Shown: one piece after another, positions 55,173 to 62,732 of the stretch
Numbering within the stretch: position 1 is the stretch's first letter
Layout: each line of letters begins with the position of its first letter
Source of the DNA: a virus
Lineage: Duplodnaviria; Caudoviricetes
Reading direction: 5' to 3' (one strand)
Virus record (IMG/VR): IMGVR_UViG_3300001687_001195
Coordinates: 16,108-80,107 of that record
Length of the DNA stretch: 64,000 nt
Program-made: the position numbers and the translations under genes
Notes under the pieces: model-generated
Told to the model about the DNA's origin: nothing
What the model saw: only the letters and a program-made list of their open reading frames with translations
Databases searched by the model: none

Positions 55173-55838
55173 ATGGCCCGTAAACCAAAAGACAAGCCCA
55201 AGGTACCCGTGGCTATCCATGTAGATTATGGGTATGGATCCAAAACGCTGAACACGTTTCAGACGCGCGAGAAGATGTACACGCAACGGAAAGAGAATTT
55301 CCGGATCCGTGCGCGATACGGCATGCACTACATCAAAGGAAATCGCTTGCCGTATTTCTCTCTCACGGCCGAGATTGACGTACTAGTGAACGGACGATGG
55401 AGGGATCACGCGGGCGGACAAATGCCCGATGAAATCGAGAAGCATTTCCCCGATTTGTACCACCGTCTCGCACGCTGGCATTTGACCGATCAAGACGGCT
55501 GCCCGATGCACTACATTGCGAACGGGAAATTTTGGGCGGACCTTATCGGGGGAAGACGCCCCTGGGGGGAAGGGGATACGGACCCGCTCGGCGCATTGCA
55601 AAGAACGATTGTTTACGGGGTGCTAAGTGAAGACTGGCAAACCCGATCCCTGATTCACTTGTGCAAAGACGCCGAAGACTTTGAGCGCTGGCTACAAAAC
55701 CGAATCCCCGGTTTGCGCGAAAAATTCCTGCAGGATATGAAGGGCTGCAACGTGACCCTGATTCCAGACGAAGTTTTGCGCAAACATTACCCGGAAGTCT
55801 TTGCAAAAGCTGTCCCCGAGATTCAGGGCCAACCGTAA
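55173..55838 (+). CDS. Hypothetical protein
   Basis: GGGAATAGG leader. PYFSLTAEI, RWHLTDQDGCPMHYIANG pattern. Confidence 0.7.
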   Translation: MARKPKDKPKVPVAIHVDYGYGSKTLNTFQTREKMYTQRKENFRIRARYGMHYIKGNRLPYFSLTAEIDVLVNGRWRDHAGGQMPDEIEKHFPDLYHRLARWHLTDQDGCPMHYIANGKFWADLIGGRRPWGEGDTDPLGALQRTIVYGVLSEDWQTRSLIHLCKDAEDFERWLQNRIPGLREKFLQDMKGCNVTLIPDEVLRKHYPEVFAKAVPEIQGQP

Positions 55839-55856
55839 GGAAAGGAATAAGAAAAC

Positions 55857-56153
55857 ATGGGTATTGTCCATTTGTGGTTTCAGGCGCCCGATAGCGGGCG
55901 TCAAACGCGTTGCGGAGCGCCCCTTGGCCCGAGCGCGGAAACTACGTGTCTTGCAAGGGAAGTTACATGCCCGGTTTGTCAGGAAATGATGCGCAAAGAC
56001 AATACGCTATGGATCATAGTAACGGGAAACATCGTTCGCGGGTTTAACGCATGGGGGCCATTTAACCATGTACTCGATGCGCGCCGCGCCCGCGAAAAAA
56101 TGGGGAAAGGCGGGTGCGTCATTAAACTATGGAACCCAAACGACGCGGGGTAA
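55857..56153 (+). CDS. Hypothetical protein with Cys/His motif
   Basis: GAAAGGAATAAG leader. VH..TRCG..VTCPVC. Confidence 0.6.
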   Translation: MGIVHLWFQAPDSGRQTRCGAPLGPSAETTCLAREVTCPVCQEMMRKDNTLWIIVTGNIVRGFNAWGPFNHVLDARRAREKMGKGGCVIKLWNPNDAG

Positions 56154-56230
56154 CGGATTAAACATGTATGCTCGGCGCGCAAACCGTATAACACGCGCGC
56201 CGGGTAACTCCGGAAAGGAATAGAAAAACC

Positions 56231-56509
56231 ATGCTAGTACAATGTGAAGAATGCAAACGCAAGGTTTCCGCTCCTGATTTGCAGGATGGGTTTTGCCCGT
56301 TTTGCCGACGCGAGCGGCGGCAGTATGTAACGCTATCCCGAGCGGACGTAGGGCAGCAATTTTTGCGGGCGTTCGGGCGTGTTTGGCCGGTCTCGGGATT
56401 CCTGGGGAGCATACAGTTTCGAGACGTTGGAAAACGGGTCTACTATATCGGGGGTGTTTTGCAAGCCGAAAGCGATAGCCAATATCAAGAACGTTTGGAC
56501 GAGATTTGA
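56231..56509 (+). CDS. Hypothetical zinc-ribbon protein
   Basis: GAAAGGAATAG leader. CEEC..CPFC. Confidence 0.6.
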   Translation: MLVQCEECKRKVSAPDLQDGFCPFCRRERRQYVTLSRADVGQQFLRAFGRVWPVSGFLGSIQFRDVGKRVYYIGGVLQAESDSQYQERLDEI

Positions 56510-56760
56510 TGGGGTACCGTAAACATGAAATGTGCAGGGTATGCAAAAGTATCTTTGTGGCTACCCGTCCGTCTGAGCGCGTTTGCCGGGCGTGCAAACA
56601 GGCTGCCGCGAATCGCGCTGCCGTAGCCGATGCATTGCGGCGCGAAAAGAAAACCAGCGTATCTATAACGTGTCGTGTTTGCGGGAAAAGCTTTCGCGCT
56701 CCCCCGCATTACACCCGTTGTCGTGAATGCTGGAAAAAGACTGCCGGAGAGAAACTGTAA
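56506..56760 (+). CDS. Double zinc-ribbon protein
   Basis: CRVC..CRAC and CRVC..CREC. Confidence 0.6.
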   Translation: MMGYRKHEMCRVCKSIFVATRPSERVCRACKQAAANRAAVADALRREKKTSVSITCRVCGKSFRAPPHYTRCRECWKKTAGEKL

Positions 56761-57170
56761 TGATGGATACATCCGACGAGTACGTTGCAGACGTATTGTT
56801 GCGGGAAATGGGCGCGGAAAGGGGAATCGAGTATGCGCGAAAGCTTGCCGGTTATCCTGGCCCGTTGTCAGCGCAGTATGCGCGTGTGGCCGATCTAATG
56901 ACCGCGCAAGTGATCCCGCGTCTTTACAAAGATGCTGCGGAGATCGGTAACAACCGCGCCGCATTATTGCGTCGTCTCAAAGACGCCCGCAGCGTTTTGA
57001 AAACTGAATACCGTGATCGGTTCAAAACATACATTTATGATTTCGACCGGAAATGTATGATCGGGGCCGGTTACATACTGCAATGGGTAAACGATGGGCG
57101 GACAAACCGGGGAACCGTTTACTGCGCTATCCTGGAAAAAAACTTCTTTGCAGAAGGGAATAGTGGTTAA
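56760..57170 (+). CDS. Hypothetical protein
   Basis: TAATG overlap. Confidence 0.55.
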   Translation: MMDTSDEYVADVLLREMGAERGIEYARKLAGYPGPLSAQYARVADLMTAQVIPRLYKDAAEIGNNRAALLRRLKDARSVLKTEYRDRFKTYIYDFDRKCMIGAGYILQWVNDGRTNRGTVYCAILEKNFFAEGNSG

Positions 57171-57350
57171 ATGGAAAACATGTACTGGATTGAAGAGCGT
57201 GCAATCGATCGGCTGCGCAAGGTGGCCCGACGCCTTTACAAAGAAGACCGTTTGACCGGGGATCAAATGCGGGATCTGGCGCAAACGATCGATTCCGCGC
57301 TGTCGGACGCCTTTAAGGTTGAGATACAAAAAGACGATACCCGCCCCTAA
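57171..57350 (+). CDS. Hypothetical 59-aa protein (absent from the ORF track)
   Basis: GAAGGGAATAG leader. MENMYWIEERAIDRLRKVARRLYKEDRLTGDQMRDLAQTIDSALSDAFKVEIQKDDTRP. Confidence 0.6.
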   Translation: MENMYWIEERAIDRLRKVARRLYKEDRLTGDQMRDLAQTIDSALSDAFKVEIQKDDTRP

Positions 57351-57642
57351 ACCCCTCCGGTCTACTCTACGGGGCGCGGTTTAGCCACGATGCATAAGAC
57401 CCCGCGCCCCTCAGAATCCCCTCTAGCGCCCCCCTACACCCCTAGAGCGGAATCTATAGGATGGGATATAGTAGTGACCCCATAGACAACCCCATACACT
57501 ACCCCCGTAGGCAAACCAAACCCCATAACAAACCCTACCCCATCACCCCCCTATACAGATAAGACGAATCTACACCCTACCCCAACGTACCAGCGGGGAG
57601 CGCAGCACATAACGCTCCCCCCTAAACTGAGGGTGAAGACCC

Positions 57643-57671
57643 TTGACTAGTGGAGTCTGTTTAGCTACTCT
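57643..57671 (+). promoter_or_regulatory. Sigma70-type promoter
   Basis: TTGACT (57643-57648), 17-nt spacer, TACTCT (57666-57671). Small palindrome GACT-AGTGG-AGTC overlaps the -35 box. Confidence 0.6.
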
Positions 57672-57678
57672 TCAGGCT

Positions 57679-57734
57679 GCTTATTCCTTTTCGGCCCGCG
57701 TCTCGGGGCGCAACGTCTCGGGGCGCGGGTTTTT
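57679..57734 (+). ncRNA. Candidate ~56-nt antisense sRNA against the early-gene leader motif
   Basis: 5' seed GCUUAUUCCUUUUCGG, then a GC/GU-rich terminator hairpin (CCCGCG..CGCGGG) and U5. Promoter directly upstream. No ORF. Confidence 0.6.
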
Positions 57735-57954
57735 GCATGTGGAGGGAAACTGCAGCGTTTTTCGCGGGGAATTGTGTAAGTATGTTGAACTGCTTAAACC
57801 CGTGTAAGTATGCGACACCCTTAATAGGAGGTTTTCGGCCCGAGACCCCCTACCCTGGATCCGGCGCGCTACCGTTTGGTAACGTTAACCAGATGTTAGG
57901 GGGTGTTAACGCGTTAAGGGTAGCGTTAAACGAGTTAACTGTCGTTTTGTAGCG

Positions 57955-58080
57955 GGCCGCGGGCGGGTTTGCGGGTGCGGGCGGGTGCGGGCGGGTTTGA
58001 CGGGTTTGGGCGGGTGCGGGCCAGCGCGGGGGAATAGTGGCCCGGGTGCGGGCGGGTGCGGGTTCGGGCGGGTGCGGGTT
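57955..58080 (+). repeat. GCGGGT/GGGC tandem G-tract repeats
   Basis: More than a dozen GGG tracts separated by 1-7 nt. Confidence 0.75.
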
Positions 58081-58275
58081 CAATCGTTTTCCATAGGCGC
58101 TATCCTGAAAAGCCTATTCCGACCGAACGGGGGGACCGTTCCCCCGCGCTGGCAAATAGTATATCGGCGCGGGCCGCTGGCAAGATACTTTTTTCTACTT
58201 TTCCGGGGAAAGTATGGACAAAACCGGCCCGGTTGGCGACTATACAGATAGAAACGCGTTTCTAAGGAATAGGCT

Positions 58276-58572
58276 ATGGTATCGGCGCCGATACCAAACG
58301 GATTAACGCCCGCGGGGGAATACTGGCCCGGTTCCCCCGCGGGCGTTCGTATGTACGGGCCAAACCGGAAAGGGATAGGCGCTATGGTAGTGTGGGTTCG
58401 GTTGAATAGCGGCCCGCGTTTGTGCAACGTGCTGCGGAAATACTGGTACCGAACGCCCGCGGGTTCGCGGGTTCCCCGGTTGATAGTGGCCGATATTGCT
58501 ACGGGGGAAAAGCATAGGGTACGTTTGGCCCGTATTCTTCCCCGTAGATTCCCCGGGTTCCGCCTTATCTAA
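58276..58572 (+). CDS. Hypothetical protein (second in-frame start at 58384)
   Basis: AAGGAATAGGC leader at 58264. GAAAGGGATAGGC leader before ATG 58384. Confidence 0.5.
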   Translation: MVSAPIPNGLTPAGEYWPGSPAGVRMYGPNRKGIGAMVVWVRLNSGPRLCNVLRKYWYRTPAGSRVPRLIVADIATGEKHRVRLARILPRRFPGFRLI

Positions 58573-58590
58573 AAACGAGAGGGAATAGCT

Positions 58591-58779
58591 ATGTTTTTAA
58601 GGCTTATGAAATCGTTGGCCCGCGTTGAAAACAGGATTCGGCAGTTAAAGGCGGAACGCCCACGCACCCGGACAGTAACGGGCCAAATTGATAGCCTAGT
58701 AACCCGCCGTTCTGAATTGCGGGCGGAATTGCGTCCGTACTTTGCGCTGATTGAGCGGGCCAGCGCGGAAAGGGATTAG
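58591..58779 (+). CDS. Small coiled-coil protein
   Basis: GAGAGGGAATAG leader. Confidence 0.6.
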   Translation: MFLRLMKSLARVENRIRQLKAERPRTRTVTGQIDSLVTRRSELRAELRPYFALIERASAERD

Positions 58780-58784
58780 ATAAT

Positions 58785-59153
58785 ATGGGAATTGTCCAGA
58801 TTAGCCCGCGCCTAACTCCGGGCGTTTGTATCGGGGGAACGTGGGTTAGCGTAACGCCCGCAAACCGTGCCGATCGGCACGGGCGTCCGTTTTGGCGCTG
58901 GTACATAGATCTGTCAAACGGGAAAAGCTTTACGGATTCTGACTTGAGCGGTTGGGGGAACGCCCGCGCTATGCTGGAATCCCTTTTGGCGTTTCTAGGC
59001 GCTTGCGCTGAATCCCTTAGTTACGGGAACGGGGAAGGGGAAAACGCAAGCCTATTTCCGCGGCCCGTTGGGGAATGGGCGCTACAGTATTCCGATGAAA
59101 TCGGGATATTACAGATTGAGTTAGCCGACGAAATCGAACGGGAAAGGGATTAG
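58785..59153 (+). CDS. Hypothetical protein
   Basis: GAAAGGGATTAG leader. DLSGW..MLESLLAFLGACAES..LFP..V.EWA pattern. Confidence 0.65.
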   Translation: MGIVQISPRLTPGVCIGGTWVSVTPANRADRHGRPFWRWYIDLSNGKSFTDSDLSGWGNARAMLESLLAFLGACAESLSYGNGEGENASLFPRPVGEWALQYSDEIGILQIELADEIERERD

Positions 59154-59156
59154 GCT

Positions 59157-59552
59157 ATGGTATGGTCGTGGTCACATACTCCGGAAGCCTACCAAAACGC
59201 CCGCGATAACTTATCGCGCTTGCCCGCGGTTGAATTAATCACGATACGGGCGGAATGGTACGCGTTAACCGATCGGGAAAGAGATTGTAACGCGTTTAGC
59301 GCGGGCCGCTATCATCGTGCATGCCGTTATTTGCAGAAACGCTATCGGCGCGCGATAGGCGCTAACGGGAACCCACGTTTGCAAACCGTTTCGGAATTTT
59401 GCGAAACGCTATCGAACGAAATATGGGAAAAAGCCGAGAATTTGGCTAATTGCACAAACGGCGGGTTTAGCGCTTGGGTTTGCCCGTACGGTTGCGGGCC
59501 GCATCTAGTAAGTTTTTCGCGGCCCGATGAAAAAGACTATGAAAGGGAATAG
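59157..59552 (+). CDS. Hypothetical protein
   Basis: GAAAGGGATTAGGC leader. WSWSHTPEAY..TNGG..AWVCPYGC. Confidence 0.65.
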   Translation: MVWSWSHTPEAYQNARDNLSRLPAVELITIRAEWYALTDRERDCNAFSAGRYHRACRYLQKRYRRAIGANGNPRLQTVSEFCETLSNEIWEKAENLANCTNGGFSAWVCPYGCGPHLVSFSRPDEKDYERE

Positions 59553-59553
59553 T

Positions 59554-59970
59554 ATGCTAAGCGTGATAACGGCAATTGCACGGGCGTTCGGAGCGCTCAG
59601 AGAATGCAAGAAAACCGGAAACGATATTTGGGCGGAAAAGCATACTGAGCGGATTCGGGAACTAGTAGAAATCTACTTTCCGTCCGGTTCCGGTTTCGAT
59701 AGCGGATGCGGGTTTGACTTTGAAAAATCCCGCGAAAATAAACTGGTTTTCTATACCAGTTTTCATCATATGAATAACGCGGGTTTTTATGACGGTTGGT
59801 CGGATCATAGCGTTATCGTGACGCCTAGCCTATCCCTTGGGTTTGACGTAAGGGTAACGGGCCGCAACCGCAACGATATTAAGGTTTATATCGCGGAACT
59901 GTTTGCGGCTGCGCTGGCAAGCGATACCGAAACCGAAACCCGTATCGTGGGGGAAGGGGAAAAAGCCTAA
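59554..59970 (+). CDS. Hypothetical protein
   Basis: GAAAGGGAATAG leader. PSGSGFDSG..FHHMN..GFYDGW..H.V.VTPSL pattern. Confidence 0.7.
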   Translation: MLSVITAIARAFGALRECKKTGNDIWAEKHTERIRELVEIYFPSGSGFDSGCGFDFEKSRENKLVFYTSFHHMNNAGFYDGWSDHSVIVTPSLSLGFDVRVTGRNRNDIKVYIAELFAAALASDTETETRIVGEGEKA

Positions 59971-60338
59971 TGGCCCGGAAATCTGATATTCAGGAATTGC
60001 GAGAACATTGTGCATGTATGGGTTTGACGTTGCACATATGGGCGCCCGGAGATAAACATGGGTGCCGCTATCGTTTCTTTACTGATAACGCAACGTGCTA
60101 CGATAGCGGGCGCCCGGTCGGCACGGTGTACGGGCGGAAAAATGCATGGGCGTTCGTTCACGCTTTTGCCCATGGGTACGGGCACGCCGATACAAGGATA
60201 GCGGAACCCATGGGGGAAACGTTGCGGGCTATTCTGGCTTGCGCAACGGGGAAGCTTGAAACGGGTTCCCCCGCGCTATCGTCAATTGCAGAATCAGCGC
60301 GACTAGCGCTAGCCCGCGCTGGCAAGCCTACGGAATAG
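59970..60338 (+). CDS. Hypothetical protein
   Basis: TAATG overlap. IWAPGD..RYRFF. Confidence 0.6.
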   Translation: MARKSDIQELREHCACMGLTLHIWAPGDKHGCRYRFFTDNATCYDSGRPVGTVYGRKNAWAFVHAFAHGYGHADTRIAEPMGETLRAILACATGKLETGSPALSSIAESARLALARAGKPTE

Positions 60339-60339
60339 G

Positions 60340-60975
60340 CGCCTATCCTGAACGCCCGGGCCAGAAACCCGGGCGTTACTCTGTACGGGCCAGCGCGGGC
60401 CGCTATCAATCGCACCCGCACCCGCGGCCCGTGAACCCTTGCCAGCGCAAACCGGGCGTTATAGCGGCCCGGAACCCTTGCCAGCGCGGAAACCCGCCCG
60501 CACCCGCGGCCCGCTACCAAACCCGCCCGGAACCTTTAGCCCGCGAAACCCTGAACCCGCCCGGGGGAATAGCGCTATTTAGCCCGAAATCGGGCCAGCG
60601 CGGCCCGTTAACGCCCGGTTTGGTTTCCCTTAGTGGTATAAGTCAAACCCGAAACCCGCCCGTTAAAACGCATCTAATGCCGTTTTAGCGCTATACGTTG
60701 CAAGTTATTACCTTAACTGCGCTTGTATCGTCAAAAAGTTAGTGTTTTGTTAGCAAACCCGCCCGAAACGCGAAACCCGCCCGGAACCCGATAGGCGAAT
60801 AGCCCGCGCCCATAGCGGCCCGCGCCCGAACCCGCGCCGATACTGGCCCGCGCTGGCAAGGGAAACCCGCCCGGAACCGTAGCCCGAACCCGCGGGCCAG
60901 CGCACCCGCGCCCATGGGGGAAACCGGGCGGAACCGGGCGGAACCCGCGGGCGTTAAACCGGGCGTTAATCCGGA
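60340..60975. repeat. Non-coding GC-rich repeat tract (AACCCGC, GCCAGCGC motifs)
   Basis: Dense ACCCGC repeats, the mirror of the 57955-58080 tract. No credible protein. Confidence 0.7.
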
Positions 60976-61068
60976 CGTATCGATACATCCCGACACACGG
61001 AATCCGCCAGCGGCACAGAAAATGCTATGCAGCAAGCGAAAATCTAGCGCGCGTCATTTTCACAAACT

Positions 61069-61115
61069 GCACAGGGAAGCTTAGCACAGGGAAGAATAGC
61101 ACAGGAAAAAGTAGC
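61069..61115. repeat. 15-bp-period direct repeats (GCACAGGGAAG)
   Basis: Units start at 61069, 61084 and 61099, with a partial unit at 61114. Confidence 0.75.
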
Positions 61116-61389
61116 AAACTGCCCTGGTTATCATTGCTATGTTTCATGCAACCTATGGCCCGTCTCATGCGCAGTATGGATAGGGTATGTTGTGGTTAGC
61201 TCGGGGGCGGCGCCGCAGTCTGGCCTAGTTGTTTTGGAGGGGAAGTAATGATGGTGGGGGCTTGGGTCTGCCCCCTGCGTCTGGGGGTGAAATGGGGCGT
61301 GTGGGTTGCAAAAAGTGTGCGCAAGTGAAAACAATAAGTGGTCAGGCAAGTATGAGAGGCGAACAAGTTACGAAAGGATGGTGTAGGCC

Positions 61390-61809
61390 ATGCAGGATGT
61401 GAAGTGTGTCGCTTGCGGTAAAGGCAATTTGGTTGGGGCGATTGCTTTTAGGGATGGGTATCGTTGCGCGGATTGTGTGATCAAGTGCTTTTGGGATGCG
61501 CTGCGGGAAAAGCAACGACTCATGGAGGAAATCGAGCAGGCGAAAAGAGAGATCCGGTACCGGGATATGCTGATCGCATGGAGTCCGGGTGGAGATCGGT
61601 TTGCACCTTTGGTTGCTGAGATTGAGAAGTTGCGAAAAGTGCTGGAACCGTTTGCCATTTGTGGAGCGTGGTACGAGGAACACGGGCCGCGGTGTCAACC
61701 GCCCGAAGAAACCGGACTCTGGATGGTGTCTGGTCCGAAGGGAGCCAAAGAGCCTAAGATCACGGTGCGGCATGTGCTGGATGCGAAAACCGCATTGGAG
61801 GAGAGGTAA
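61390..61809 (+). CDS. Hypothetical protein with N-terminal Cys motif
   Basis: CVAC..CADC followed by a coiled coil. Confidence 0.55.
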   Translation: MQDVKCVACGKGNLVGAIAFRDGYRCADCVIKCFWDALREKQRLMEEIEQAKREIRYRDMLIAWSPGGDRFAPLVAEIEKLRKVLEPFAICGAWYEEHGPRCQPPEETGLWMVSGPKGAKEPKITVRHVLDAKTALEER

Positions 61810-61812
61810 GGC

Positions 61813-61995
61813 GTGGCGTACACGGAACACCATTTCCAGGATGTAAAACACGTTGGAGTGGCGTGGGATAAGGATACGAAAAGGGTTTGGGTATGTTTGA
61901 ATGGAGTTGCGCTGCTCCGCGCGAAAGTACAAGGCGACAGTACATTGATGATCGAGTTTTATGATCCTGACTTTTTGCGATCGCAGGAGGAATAA
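61813..61995 (+). CDS. Hypothetical protein
   Basis: GAGG RBS, GTG start. Confidence 0.55.
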   Translation: MAYTEHHFQDVKHVGVAWDKDTKRVWVCLNGVALLRAKVQGDSTLMIEFYDPDFLRSQEE

Positions 61996-61998
61996 GGC

Positions 61999-62229
61999 AT
62001 GCCCAATGGCGGCGGCGGTTTGATGGGTAGGCATCTTCGAGAAATCGAAGTGTTGGAAGATCGGATAAAACATCTCACTGAAGAGAACACAAAACTCGTG
62101 GTAGAGCGGAATCGATTGAGGGCATTTGTAGAAAAACTTGCCGGACCATGTTGGTATGGTTCGAGGGAAGAGGCTACTGAAAGGTGCTGTTGGGCTTGTA
62201 GAGCCCGCAAGGCGCTGGAAGGGAAGTAA
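61999..62229 (+). CDS. Coiled-coil protein with C-terminal Cys cluster
   Basis: GGAGG RBS. Confidence 0.55.
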   Translation: MPNGGGGLMGRHLREIEVLEDRIKHLTEENTKLVVERNRLRAFVEKLAGPCWYGSREEATERCCWACRARKALEGK

Positions 62230-62235
62230 AGCGCG

Positions 62236-62472
62236 ATGTGCGAATACGGAGACACGGTGCCGGTTCTTGTTTGGATAGCGGCTGACTTGGCTTGTGAGGG
62301 TCATGAAAAGTGGAAAGTTGCTAGAATCGATCGATGCATTGCGCCTATTGTATCTGCACTGAGTACAGCCGGGATCCGTATGCGGGGTTCTTGTTGTGGG
62401 CATGGAAGGGGAGATGGAAGCATCGAGTTGCAGGACGGACGTACTCTGATTATCCGTAAAGTAAGTTCATGA
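62236..62472 (+). CDS. Hypothetical phage protein
   Basis: IDRCIAPIVSAL..GI....SCCGHG pattern, recalled as common in phages. Confidence 0.65.
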   Translation: MCEYGDTVPVLVWIAADLACEGHEKWKVARIDRCIAPIVSALSTAGIRMRGSCCGHGRGDGSIELQDGRTLIIRKVSS

Positions 62473-62494
62473 AACCGGAACGAGCGAAAGAACT

Positions 62495-62728
62495 ATGCGT
62501 GACAGTAATAAACCGATAACAGTGGAAGTTGTGCTACGAAAAGCTTTTCCATATGAAGGCTCAGACCCCGTGATTGGACGATTGGAGTTAGGAGATTCTC
62601 TTGCGTTTACACCATATGGCGGGTTCATGGGGGTCGTATCGGAAGAGTTTCGCGGCTTGTTACCATATGCGGATGAGCACTGTGTAATCATTAAGATGAC
62701 TGTGTATCCTGCAAAGTGGGAAAGGTAA
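62495..62728 (+). CDS. Hypothetical protein
   Basis: 77-aa ORF in the run. Confidence 0.5.
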   Translation: MRDSNKPITVEVVLRKAFPYEGSDPVIGRLELGDSLAFTPYGGFMGVVSEEFRGLLPYADEHCVIIKMTVYPAKWER

Positions 62729-62732
62729 AGAG

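Noticed and set aside
57737-58265. Short ORFs across the G-rich repeat tract
   Set aside because: Low-complexity translations of repeats with no RBS.
60340-61349. Short ORFs across the C-rich repeat tract, and a CRISPR or mini-array reading of the repeats
   Set aside because: Repeats are 6-15 nt, irregularly spaced and lack unique 25-40-nt spacers. No cas genes were seen.
61342-62403. 353-aa minus-strand ORF
   Set aside because: Opposes four tightly packed plus-strand genes with RBSs and has no recognisable domain.
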